Assembly (NCBI GenBank): GCA_963786105.1
Contig: CAWAXX010000018.1
Location: 192,958-256,957 of the forward strand
Origin: Vulcanimicrobiota bacterium
GTDB taxonomy: Bacteria; Vulcanimicrobiota; Vulcanimicrobiia; Vulcanimicrobiales; Vulcanimicrobiaceae
Length of the DNA stretch: 64,000 bases
Direction: 5' to 3'
Below the pieces are notes generated by a model, which worked only from the letters and a program-made list of their open reading frames with translations, searched no databases and was not told where the DNA came from. Made by a program: the position numbers and the translations under genes. Shown here in pieces: positions 50,527 to 60,190 of this stretch (position 1 is the stretch's first letter; each line of letters starts with the position of its first letter).

Positions 50527-52110
50527 CTATCTCACGACGTCCCAAGCTTCGCTATTCGAAAACTCGAAGAGCATATTCGGAGCCCAACCGCGCACTGCAG
50601 GATTGATGGCCGAATAGTCGCCGCGATAGACTAGCGGCACGAAAATGACGGAAGTTGCGATCGTGCGCTGCATCCCATCGAATACGGCGACGCGCGTTTG
50701 TCGATCGATGACGGATGATTGCCGTGCGAACAGACGATCGTAAGCGAGATCGCAGAATCGGCTCGTGTTTGGACCGTTTGGTGCGACGCGGTCGCAGGTC
50801 CAAAACTCGCTCTGCTCGGGATCGCTTCCGCCGTACTCTCCGCTTATGGCGATATTGAAGTGTCCGCCGTACTATATGCCGTCCGGAACGGCATAGAAGA
50901 CGTTTGACGGGTAGCCGCGCACGGTCGCGTCGGCACCGACACGAGACAAGTTCTCCTGCACGACCGTCGCTACGCTGCGACCCTCCTGGTTGAACCCCTC
51001 ATACGCCACGTCGATCGCAAGCGGACGTCCCGCTTTAGCGCGAACCTTTCCCGCAAGCCGCCAACCCGCTGCGGCGAGATCGCTCGCCGAACGAGCAGGA
51101 TCGTATGAGTACGGTCGCACGGAAGGATCGTGAGCCCATAAAACCGGCGGAATCTCGGTGGTCGCAACCGGCCAAAGACCGTGATAGACCTTACGCGCGA
51201 TTTGAGCCGTGTCGATGGCTTCGAGCAGCGCACGACGTACGCGCAGGTCGTCGGTCGGGAAGCGCCGCGTTTGAAATGCACCGTAGGTAATGTGGTTCTT
51301 TTCGGTACGAACGAGCGAGCCAGGGAGTCTCGAGCGCGTTTGCACGACCTGGTCGTTGGTCAGATAATCGGCGACGTCGACTGCGTGGGTTTCCAGAAGC
51401 AACAATTCGGTATTGCGATCGGGGATGATCTTGAGAACCAAGCGCCGGAGATGCGGAACGCGCCACGCGTACGGATTCGGTTCCAATATAATCTCGTCGC
51501 CGCGTCGCCAACTCACCACCCTGAACGGTCCGCTTCCGTAAGGCCGATCGTTCCAGCGAACCCGAGAAAGATCGGTGCTAGTAAATGCGTGAGAGGGCTG
51601 AATTCCGTAGATGAAATCCGTCACCGCGAAGAGCGCCCCCACGGCGCCGGCCCAAGGCCGGCGTAGATGCAGCACGACGGTGTAGGGATCCGGCGTGTCG
51701 AGTCGGTCGATCGCGCGGTACGGCTGCGCTTCCGTCACCGGGTTGCGTGGATCGAGGATCGCACGATATGTAAATGCGACGTCCTTTGACGTGAGCGGCG
51801 AGCCATCGGCAAAACGCACCTCGCGGCGAAGGTGATAGGTCACGCTCTTTCCGTCGCGAGCGACGTCACCGTTTTCCAGCGTCGGCACGCGGCGCGCGAC
51901 GAGCGGAATAAGCTCGTTATGCGCACCTAAGCCGACGAGCGGCTCGGCAAAGAGCTGCGTCACGTCGATGTCTGCTTGCTCGAAGGCAAAGAGTGGATTG
52001 AGCGAAGACGGATCGTTCGCTCGCGCGATGGTCATCTCGTGCGGCGTCCCCCAGCCGTGCCCGTCACCCACGCGACTGCAAGCCGTCGCGAGCAGCAGTG
52101 AGAGTACCAC
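50527..52110 (-). pseudogene. Peptide ABC transporter substrate-binding lipoprotein with an in-frame TAG at 50872-50874
   Basis: Lipobox LATAC, F.DG.PLTS.DV.FT and GSGPF; the same frame resumes after the TAG for ~114 codons to W.V.R*. Confidence 0.85.
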
Positions 52111-52119
52111 ACAACGGTG

Positions 52120-52141
52120 TGCGCCTCCGCTCAGGATGACA
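52120..52141 (-). repeat. Truncated REP-like element forming the cinA stop
   Basis: GTCATCCTGAGCGGAGGCGCA, identical over 21 nt to the copy at 61824. Confidence 0.8.
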
Positions 52142-53393
52142 GCACGTCGCGGGAAAGGTGGCGCCAAAGAATGCCGAGCGCGTACGTCGTCGCGCGAGTT
52201 TGCACGGCGGCCCGATCGCCGCGAAAATGCAGGTGAAAGGCGCGCGATCGCCCCGCGGCGTCGTCGATGGCGAACCAGACCAAACCGACGGGCTTTTCGG
52301 GCGTGCCGCCGTCCGGACCGGCGACGCCGGTGGTGGAAATCGCGAGTTGAGTGTTTAACCGCTCGCGCGCACCGCGCGCCATTGCCAGTGCGACGGCTTC
52401 GCTGACCGCCCCTTCGCTTTCGATAAGTGCGGCGTCGACGCCGAGCACCGTCGTCTTGACGTCGTTATCGTACGCCACGATGCCGCCGGCGAAGGTTTGC
52501 GACGACCCCGGCTCGCTCGTCAGCGCGGCGGCGATTCTGCCGCCGGTGCACGATTCGGCCGTCGCTACTGTCCAGCTTCGCGCACGCAGGATCGCGTGCA
52601 CCGCGCTCTCCGGCGTCGCGGCGTCGGTGCCGAAGACGAAGCCCGAAAGACGCCGCTCGACGTCGCGCTGCAAGGGTGCGATCATCGCCTCGGCCCGTGC
52701 CGGCGAATCGCTTTTCGCCATGATTTTGACGTCGGCGCGCGCATCGTGTGCCAGGACCGCGATCTTCGGATTTTCCGAACTGCGAAAAAGGTCGTCGATG
52801 CGATGGTCGATCTCCGATTCGCCGATACCGATCGTGTGAACGACGCGCGTGTAAATCGCATCTCGCGAGGCGAACCGATCGACCAGAAATGGAACCAGCC
52901 TCTGCTCGAGCATCGGTTTCATCTCGCGAGGGACGCCCGGCATACAGGCCACGAACTTCCCGTCGCGCGAAAATGCTACGAAGCCGGGTGCCGTGCCGTT
53001 GGGATTATCCATCGGAAGACTTCCGCGCGGCAGCTCCGCCTGCTTGCGATTGTTCGGTCGCATTTCGCGACCAAGCTGGGCAAAGAAGCGCTCCATTTGT
53101 AAAAGCGCCGGCTCGTACAGTTCGACTCCTAGATCGAGGGCGTCGCAGATCGCCTCTTTGGTCACGTCATCGACCGTCGGCCCGAGGCCGCCCGTCATGA
53201 CGGCGCCGTCGCCCCGCTCGAGCACGCTGCGAACCATCCCGGCGATCCGCTCGCGATTGTCGCCGACCGCGTGCGTTCCACGAACGTCGATGCCGATTCC
53301 GGCGAGTTCCCGCGCGACGAAGGCCGTATTCGTATCGAGCAGCTGCCCGAGCAACAGTTCCGTGCCGACCGCGATCAGTTCAACGCTCGCCAT
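52131..53393 (-). CDS. cinA: CinA (MocF domain + PncC NMN deamidase)
   Basis: GTELLLG...DTN, GGLGPT.DD, AESCTGG and TGVAGP.GG motifs. Confidence 0.96.
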   Translation of the reverse strand: MASVELIAVGTELLLGQLLDTNTAFVARELAGIGIDVRGTHAVGDNRERIAGMVRSVLERGDGAVMTGGLGPTVDDVTKEAICDALDLGVELYEPALLQMERFFAQLGREMRPNNRKQAELPRGSLPMDNPNGTAPGFVAFSRDGKFVACMPGVPREMKPMLEQRLVPFLVDRFASRDAIYTRVVHTIGIGESEIDHRIDDLFRSSENPKIAVLAHDARADVKIMAKSDSPARAEAMIAPLQRDVERRLSGFVFGTDAATPESAVHAILRARSWTVATAESCTGGRIAAALTSEPGSSQTFAGGIVAYDNDVKTTVLGVDAALIESEGAVSEAVALAMARGARERLNTQLAISTTGVAGPDGGTPEKPVGLVWFAIDDAAGRSRAFHLHFRGDRAAVQTRATTYALGILWRHLSRDVLSS

Positions 53394-53958
53394 CGTCGAA
53401 CCACGTTGGAAACGAAAACGACACCTCGGCGGCGAAGCCTTCCGCGGCCTCGATCATCGCGGCACGGCGTGCCGCGGAATCTTTCGGCAGCGGGAGGCGC
53501 GCTCGCACCTCCTCGCGCATCTGCGCCAGCAGGTCCACGAACCGCACGAAGCGCGCGTCCATCGCGCGCTGCAGCGCCTCCTTAATCGCCTTACCAACCC
53601 GGGGCGCCAAGCCCGTGGTCGAAATGGCGACCCTCACCGGGCCGGCCTTGGCGATCGCGACCATCGCCACAAAGCCGAATGCCGGTTGATCGATGCAGCA
53701 CAGCAAGAATCGATGCCGATCCGCAAGCTCGCGCAGCCTCCGCGATAGCGCCGCATCCTGCGGCGTCGAGATGACGAAGAACGCGTCCGCAACTTCTTGA
53801 TCGCGCACGGAATCCGGATCGGTCAACCAACGCACGTCGGCGCCGGCCTCGCGCAACGACGCCGTCTTATCGATTGCCTCGCGATCGTCGGCCGCCCCAA
53901 TGACGACGCACAAGCGCCCCTGCAAATTCAAACCAACGGGAAAGAACGGCTTTCGCAC
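53380..53958 (-). CDS. Precorrin-2 dehydrogenase / SirC-like protein
   Basis: FPVGLNL.GR.CVVIG, D.P....F and VAIST.G.AP motifs. Confidence 0.8.
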   Translation of the reverse strand: MRKPFFPVGLNLQGRLCVVIGAADDREAIDKTASLREAGADVRWLTDPDSVRDQEVADAFFVISTPQDAALSRRLRELADRHRFLLCCIDQPAFGFVAMVAIAKAGPVRVAISTTGLAPRVGKAIKEALQRAMDARFVRFVDLLAQMREEVRARLPLPKDSAARRAAMIEAAEGFAAEVSFSFPTWFDDGER

Positions 53959-54004
53959 GGCTAGGGAACCTCTGAGGAAGTCGCTGTACCGATAGCAACG
54001 AGCA

Positions 54005-54856
54005 TTAGTAATCCACCGGACGTAGATAAAATTCGTTGATGGCGGTGTTCGTCAACATTGCGGTCGTTGGGAGATGACGCTTCCAGTGCGTCGCGTCCAC
54101 CCGGCGCCGGACGAGCGCCACCTCGCCCGCCGAGAATCCGTGTTCGACGAGCTGAGCGTCGGCGTACCCCAGCAACAACTTGTCGAGCAGCGCATCGGCG
54201 CGCGCGTACGTGATTCCAAGATCGGCTTCGTCGGTCTGATCCGCTTCGAGATCGGCACTCGGCGCCTTGTCGATCAGCGCTCGCGGAACGCCGAGATGCC
54301 GGGCGAGAGCCCAAACCTGCGTCTTGAAAAGATCGCCCAGCGGGTTCACGGGCGGCGTGTCGTCCGCGTGCCACGTAAAGTAGCCGAGCATTCGTTCCGT
54401 TTTATTTCCAGTTCCCACCGGGAGGGCATCCAGCTTGGCAGACTGATCGAACAGCGCTACCATACGCGTTCGCGCCATCACGTTGCCGCGCCGGCGCGCG
54501 TCGGCGTCCGGTTCGAACTGAAAATATCCGTCGACCGCTGCGGTGATGTCGATGGTTCGGCAGTGTATGCCGAGCGCATCGACGACCAGTTGCGCGTCGG
54601 CGAGACTTGCCGCACTAGACGTCGCGTAGGGCAAACGGAACGCGTACACGTTTTCTGCCCCGAGCGCCCGCGCGCACAGGAAAGCGGTTACCGCTGAATC
54701 CACGCCGCCCGACAATCCGATAACGGCGCGGGGAATGTTCCGACGCAATACCAGTTCGTCGCGCAGAAAGGCCGTGAGCCACTCGGTCGTTACCGTACAG
54801 TCGATTCCCGGGGGCCGCGGGGACTCGGGGGGCGCCTTAACGATCGTGAACGTCAC
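54005..54856 (-). CDS. nadE: NAD+ synthetase (synthetase-only subunit)
   Basis: GLSGGVDS, GN..AR.RM, GTGNKTE and PSADL...QTDE motifs. Confidence 0.96.
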   Translation of the reverse strand: MTFTIVKAPPESPRPPGIDCTVTTEWLTAFLRDELVLRRNIPRAVIGLSGGVDSAVTAFLCARALGAENVYAFRLPYATSSAASLADAQLVVDALGIHCRTIDITAAVDGYFQFEPDADARRRGNVMARTRMVALFDQSAKLDALPVGTGNKTERMLGYFTWHADDTPPVNPLGDLFKTQVWALARHLGVPRALIDKAPSADLEADQTDEADLGITYARADALLDKLLLGYADAQLVEHGFSAGEVALVRRRVDATHWKRHLPTTAMLTNTAINEFYLRPVDY

Positions 54857-55772
54857 GCGCGCCTCGCGGCAGGGGCAGTTCCTCGTCAAGCAAGAGATCC
54901 GGAAGCACCGCCTCCAAGTCGCCGAGCAGCGGAAGGCCGGCGCGCGCCAGGTCGATTTCTCGCAAGTCGAGCTCGACGCGCACGATGCACGCTTCCGAAG
55001 CCGGCGCTTGCACCAACACGGTACCGCGCGGATCGACGGCGCACGAGCTTCCGGTCATGCCCTTGCCGCCTTCAAAGCCCGTAAGACCGGCGTAGATCAC
55101 GAAAATGCCGTGCTCGACGGCCGCCGAAACCAACGTCTGGCGCCAGCGGGTGAGGCTAGCCAGTTCGCCGTCGCCATCGATGCCGCGACCGGGCGATGCG
55201 CTCGGGACGAGCAAAATTCGGGCACCTTTTACGGCGGCGATGGTCGGGACGATGGCGTGCCATGCGTCCTCGCAAATCAGCATCGACATTTTGCCGAAAC
55301 GCGTCTCAAACGCACCGACCTTGCGGCCGCGCGAAAGAAATCGCTCTTCGTCGAAGACGCCGTAGGTCGCCAAGAACAACTTGCGGTGCAGGTGTACGAT
55401 TCGCCGGCCCTCGCGACCGACATGCAGGTACATTGCCGAGTTATAGTACGTTCCACCGTCGTTTTCGTAAAATCCAGCGACGATGTCGACCTCGGCCTCG
55501 CCGCGAACTCCGCGCCAGGTTGCCGCCAGATCGCTCGCGAACCGCGGCGCGCTCAACGCCAGATCGTACACGGCTCCCTCAAGAAAATACCCGGTGAAGG
55601 CCGCTTCCGGAAACACGACCAGATCGGCTCCGTCGTCGCGCAGTTGCTCGAACGCTTCGCCGCCGGCCCGAAGGTTTTCGGCGTACCGGCCCTTAGCCGG
55701 TTTCATTTGCACGATCGCGACGCGCACGCGTCCGGGGCGAAAGCCCTCCTCGCTATCCTCGTGCGTCGACAC
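54837..55772 (-). CDS. Carbon-nitrogen hydrolase; probable glutaminase subunit of NAD synthetase
   Basis: E-K-C triad (FPE, HRK, ICED.W); YGVFDE.RF; overlaps nadE. Confidence 0.88.
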   Translation of the reverse strand: MSTHEDSEEGFRPGRVRVAIVQMKPAKGRYAENLRAGGEAFEQLRDDGADLVVFPEAAFTGYFLEGAVYDLALSAPRFASDLAATWRGVRGEAEVDIVAGFYENDGGTYYNSAMYLHVGREGRRIVHLHRKLFLATYGVFDEERFLSRGRKVGAFETRFGKMSMLICEDAWHAIVPTIAAVKGARILLVPSASPGRGIDGDGELASLTRWRQTLVSAAVEHGIFVIYAGLTGFEGGKGMTGSSCAVDPRGTVLVQAPASEACIVRVELDLREIDLARAGLPLLGDLEAVLPDLLLDEELPLPRGARDVHDR

Positions 55773-57189
55773 TCGTTGCTACTTCCAGTTGTTCGTCGCC
55801 GGGAATACGCATGCCGAGTTTCGCCGCGCATATCTCCGCAGGATACGTCCATATCTCGGCAAGCGTGGGGTGGAGGTGTGGAATCCGCATGAACTGCGCG
55901 ACCGTTGCATCGAAGTTCATCGCAACGATCACTTCGTGGATCAACTCGGAACCCTCGGGACCGACGACGACCGCTCCCAGAATGCGACCGCTTTCGGGGT
56001 CGGCCATCATCTTCACAAAGCCCTTCGTCTTCGCCAAGCATTGCGCCTTACCGTGTTCGGCAAAGTCGTAGCGGCCGACTACGTATCGAATCCCAGAAGC
56101 CCGGAGCGACTTCTCGCTGGCGCCGACGGCCGCTACTTGCGGATCGGTGAATACCGTGTGGGCCGAAACCAGACGGTAATCGGCCTCTTCGAAGCCTTTC
56201 AAGCAAAGGTTGCGCGCCGCGATCTCTCCTTGGTAGATAGCGACGTGGACGAGCATATATTGTCCGGTTGCATCGCCGATCGCAAAAATATTCGGGTTGG
56301 TCGTGCGCAGGGTTGCGTCGACTTCGATGCCGCCCAGCGGATCATACGCGACGTTTGCGCGTTCGAGGTCGAGGTGGGCGACGTTAGGGACGCGCCCGAG
56401 CGCGTAGAAGATTTCCTCCGCGGCAACTTCGCGCTCGACGCCGTCCGCCGCGTAGCGCACGACTTTGTTACCGCCGCGCCGCTCGGCTCGGATGAGCCGC
56501 GTCCGCGTCACGACGTCGATACCCTCGTCACGAAAGTATCCCGTCAGAGCGTCGCCGACGTCGTCGTCGGTTTCCGTCAGCAGGTGGCCGCTTCGAATAA
56601 GAATCGTCGTCCTCGCTCCCATTCGTGCCAAAAACTGTCCAAGTTCGCACCCGGTATAACCGCCGCCCAGCACGATTGCCGACTCCGGAATGCGTTCCAA
56701 GTCGAGCAACGCGTCGCTGTCGATATAGCCGACCTCTGCGAGCCCATCGAGTACCGTGGGAGGCACCGTGCTACCCGTCGCGATGATGAAGCGCTCCGAC
56801 TCCAACACGACGTCGTCGCCCACCGCGAGTTCGGTCGGTGAAAGAAACCGGGCCTCGCCCGAAAGGAGCGGAAACTGCATGATGCCGCCGATGCGGTAGT
56901 CGGCGAAATCCTTCACGAGGGCGCGCTTGCGCCGAGCTATAAACGGCATATCGACGTTGACCGCACCGATGTCGATACCCAGGGCGCGTGCGGTGCGTGC
57001 GTCGTACAGGGCGTCGCTGGATGCGAGCAGCGCTTTGCTGGGCATGCAGCCGCGTAAGATACAAAGTCCCCCCAAAGGCCCCTGATCGACGAGGGCGACG
57101 TCGCACTTGAAATCGCGAGAGGTGCAGGCGGCCGCAAAACCTCCGGAACCCGCGCCGACGACGACGAGGTCATGCACGTGACGCGTCAT
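55753..57189 (-). CDS. Flavoprotein disulfide reductase (dihydrolipoamide dehydrogenase/MerA family)
   Basis: GAGSGG, GGLCILRGCMPSK and HPTLAE motifs. Confidence 0.92.
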   Translation of the reverse strand: MTRHVHDLVVVGAGSGGFAAACTSRDFKCDVALVDQGPLGGLCILRGCMPSKALLASSDALYDARTARALGIDIGAVNVDMPFIARRKRALVKDFADYRIGGIMQFPLLSGEARFLSPTELAVGDDVVLESERFIIATGSTVPPTVLDGLAEVGYIDSDALLDLERIPESAIVLGGGYTGCELGQFLARMGARTTILIRSGHLLTETDDDVGDALTGYFRDEGIDVVTRTRLIRAERRGGNKVVRYAADGVEREVAAEEIFYALGRVPNVAHLDLERANVAYDPLGGIEVDATLRTTNPNIFAIGDATGQYMLVHVAIYQGEIAARNLCLKGFEEADYRLVSAHTVFTDPQVAAVGASEKSLRASGIRYVVGRYDFAEHGKAQCLAKTKGFVKMMADPESGRILGAVVVGPEGSELIHEVIVAMNFDATVAQFMRIPHLHPTLAEIWTYPAEICAAKLGMRIPGDEQLEVATSVDARG

Positions 57190-57214
57190 CTTCGTGACCC
57201 CGTGCGCCGTTCCG

Positions 57215-58198
57215 CTATCGCCCGGGCGGGCGGGCACCGAGCCGGTGAATGGATTCGATAAACCGCACCGTGCCGTTGGAATGCACGTGGATCGAATGCG
57301 TGCGTGCCTGATTGCCGTAAAAGCGCACGCCCCGGACGAGGTCGCCGTCGGTGATGCCCGTCGCACAGAAGATGACGTTGTCGCTCTTCACCAAGTCACC
57401 GATTTCGAGTACGCGGTCGAGATCGCCGAAGCCCATCGCGAGGGCGCGCTCGGCTTCCTCTTGGTTTCGCGGCTGCAAACGCCCCATAAAGTTGCCGCCC
57501 AAGCATTTAATCGCGGCGGCCGCCAGCACGCCTTCCGGAGCGCCGCCGGTTCCCATCGCGACGTGAATTCCCGTCGTATCGATGGCTGTAGCAATGCACG
57601 AGTCGACGTCACCGTCGGAGATCAATCGAATCCGCGCGCCGGCGGCTCGGACTTCGCGGATGAGGTCGGCGTGCCGAGGCCGGTCGAGAATCACCACGCA
57701 CACGTCGTTGATCGGCTTTTCGAGAGCGTTGGCGACGGCTTCGAGGTTTTCGGCCACCGGCGCGTCGATGTGCACGAAGGGAGCGGCCTTGGGGCCAACC
57801 GCGAGTTTCTTCATGTACGAATCCGGCGCGTGCAACAGTCCGCCACGTTCGGATATGGCCATGACCGCGATGGAATTCGGAAGCCCGTTAGCCACTAGAT
57901 TCGTGCCTTCAACCGGGTCGACGGCGATGTCGACTTCTTCGCCGCCGCATCCTACTTCCTCACCGATGTACAACATCGGGGCCTCGTCGCGCTCGCCCTC
58001 GCCGATGACGATTCGGCCGGCGATGTCCATTTCGTTCAGGGATTCGCGCATCTTTTCGACCGCGGCGCCGTCGGCGGCGTCGCGCTCGCCCCGTCCCATC
58101 CACCTCGATGCGGCCAAAGCCGCGCTTTCGGTCACCTTGACGAAATCGAGAGAATGGACCGGATGATTGAAGACCGTATGCGCGGCCAAACGTGCCAT
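57215..58198 (-). CDS. glpX: Class II fructose-1,6-bisphosphatase
   Basis: VIGEGERDEAPML, DPVEGT, DGDV and GGAPEGV motifs. Confidence 0.97.
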   Translation of the reverse strand: MARLAAHTVFNHPVHSLDFVKVTESAALAASRWMGRGERDAADGAAVEKMRESLNEMDIAGRIVIGEGERDEAPMLYIGEEVGCGGEEVDIAVDPVEGTNLVANGLPNSIAVMAISERGGLLHAPDSYMKKLAVGPKAAPFVHIDAPVAENLEAVANALEKPINDVCVVILDRPRHADLIREVRAAGARIRLISDGDVDSCIATAIDTTGIHVAMGTGGAPEGVLAAAAIKCLGGNFMGRLQPRNQEEAERALAMGFGDLDRVLEIGDLVKSDNVIFCATGITDGDLVRGVRFYGNQARTHSIHVHSNGTVRFIESIHRLGARPPGR

Positions 58199-58252
58199 GC
58201 CTTGAGGCTACAAAGGGAAGCGGGGCATATCCTCTTAAACTCACGTCTCGCC

Positions 58253-59770
58253 GTGTCCGCCAGTACGCACCCACAACCGTTTCTCTTGCGATCGGTTCGC
58301 CTTGGCGAACTGCTCGTTTCGGGATGGATCCCACTCCTGGCCGTCGTTCTCAGCGGCCTCACCCTCGGTTTCTTTGCTTGGTACGCGCTGATCGTTCCGC
58401 TGCATAACGCCGCTGCCGGCCAGCTCGGGCTGCTAACCGCGGCTCCCGCCGGCGGCGTCGTTGCCGTTGCGGCATGGTTCGGATACGCTCACTACTTTTC
58501 GCGCAGAGCCGGTACGACGCTGGCCCGCTCGCTGCAGTACGACGCTCTCGCTTGGGTGCCGTTCTTACTTCTGTGGCTCACGTTCTGGTTGCCGCCACAG
58601 CTCACACACGGCGCGCGACTGTTTCTCGTCGCGGGGTCGCTCTTTTGCATCGTCAAGGTTCTGATCGCCGCTCGATTCAATCAAACGGTCCGCGAAGTTC
58701 TCCTCGACTTCGTTGCGACCCGTGCCGCCATCATCGTCATCGCGGAACTCGCTTCACTGATCATCGGCCAGCGCGCGGGAAGGCACGTACAAGAATCGAG
58801 TCACATCCTCCTGGCCGTCTGGGGCCGTTGGGATGCGGTGCACTATATCGACATCGCCACCAAGGGATATCAGGGAACCAACATGGCGTTCTTCCCGCTC
58901 TATCCCTTCCTGATTCGCGTCGTCGGCGCATTTGCCGGCAATCACCTCATCGCCGGATTGCTGATCTCCAACGCCTGCTTCTTCTTCGGCTTGCTCTTTC
59001 TGTACAAGTTGCTGGAGCACGAGTACGACCGGACCGTGGCTCGCCGCGCGATCTTCTACGTGTCGATTTTTCCGTCGGCGGTATTTTTCTCGGCGGTGTA
59101 TACCGAGTCGCTCTTCTTCATGCTGACGGTCGCTTCGTTCTACTACATGCGTTCGCATCGCTGGTGGCTTGCCGGCGCGATTGGATGCCTGGCGGCGCTG
59201 ACGCGCGTGGAAGGCGTCCTGCTAATCGTACCGTTCGTGATGGAATGGTACGCACAGTACCGGTCTACACCCGGGCGTGGCGCCTTCAACCTGCTCGCGT
59301 CGGCACTCATTCCCATGGGACTCCTGGTGTATATGGCCTACTTGTGGGTGCTGCGCGCCGACCCGTTGTACTTCTCGCACGTTCAGATCCACTGGAACCG
59401 GCAGCTCGCCTTTCCGTGGGTGAGCGTTATCAACGCCTTCCAGAAGATCGCCCACGCAAGCTCGGGGCAGGTCGTTGCTAACGAGGCGCTCGAGATCTCG
59501 TTCACCGTCCTGATGATCGCCGTGTTGGTCGGAGGCTGGAACCGGTTACGCCCATCGTATATCGCCTACCTTACGCTCTCGATCCTCGTACCAATGTGCA
59601 CGTCGAGTTTGATGTCCATGCCGAGGTTCGCGCTCGTGCTCTTCCCGATGTTTGCTATTCTGGCGCGTTGGGGCGAGCGCCCGTGGGTAAACAACCTCAT
59701 TTTGGCGTTTTCGCTGCCGTTGCTCGGACTATTTACGGTGCTGTTTGCGGACTGGTACTGGGTTGCCTAG
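58253..59770 (+). CDS. GT-C mannosyltransferase (PIG-V-like)
   Basis: RWDAVHY..IA..GY, AFFPLYP, YTESLF and S.PRF motifs. Start codon uncertain. Confidence 0.88.
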   Translation: MSASTHPQPFLLRSVRLGELLVSGWIPLLAVVLSGLTLGFFAWYALIVPLHNAAAGQLGLLTAAPAGGVVAVAAWFGYAHYFSRRAGTTLARSLQYDALAWVPFLLLWLTFWLPPQLTHGARLFLVAGSLFCIVKVLIAARFNQTVREVLLDFVATRAAIIVIAELASLIIGQRAGRHVQESSHILLAVWGRWDAVHYIDIATKGYQGTNMAFFPLYPFLIRVVGAFAGNHLIAGLLISNACFFFGLLFLYKLLEHEYDRTVARRAIFYVSIFPSAVFFSAVYTESLFFMLTVASFYYMRSHRWWLAGAIGCLAALTRVEGVLLIVPFVMEWYAQYRSTPGRGAFNLLASALIPMGLLVYMAYLWVLRADPLYFSHVQIHWNRQLAFPWVSVINAFQKIAHASSGQVVANEALEISFTVLMIAVLVGGWNRLRPSYIAYLTLSILVPMCTSSLMSMPRFALVLFPMFAILARWGERPWVNNLILAFSLPLLGLFTVLFADWYWVA

Positions 59771-59783
59771 CGGAATCGCCGCC

Positions 59784-60190
59784 ATGGCCGCGAGGCGTGG
59801 GATACGTCAAATTGGTCAAATTCGGAATCGTCGGAGCTTCCGGCTTCCTCGTGAACCTCGCCGCCTTTACGTTGTTGCAGCGACTCGTCCCGAATCACGA
59901 GCAGCCGCTCGAGTACGATCTGATCTATTCTGCCGCATTTCTCGCCGGCGGCGTTTCGAACTACTACTTAAATCGAATTTGGACGTTCCGTTCGACCGGT
60001 CACGCGGTTCGCGAGGGTGCGAAATTCCTGAGCGTTTCCGTCGTGGCCCTGGCCGTAGGATTGATCGTCTCCGCCGGCGTGAGTCCGTGGCTTGGTCACG
60101 GACACAAGACCTGGTTCGTCGCGACCGTGTCCGGCATCTTTATCAACTTCTTCCTCAACAAATATTGGACGTTCAAGATTTTCCGGGTAG
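59784..60190 (+). CDS. GtrA family flippase-like protein with an apparent +1 frameshift at ~59809-59811
   Basis: MAARRGIRQ then, in another frame, LVKFGIVGASG...NY.LNR.WTF...NF.LNKYWTF. The 3' end is uncertain. Confidence 0.75.

Noticed and set aside
50872..50874. Genome-wide TAG recoding or pyrrolysine
   Set aside because: RF1 is intact, many genes end at TAG at their expected C-termini, and no pyl genes were seen.
55753..57189. Mercuric reductase merA
   Set aside because: No C-terminal Cys-Cys pair, no NmerA domain and no mer neighbours.
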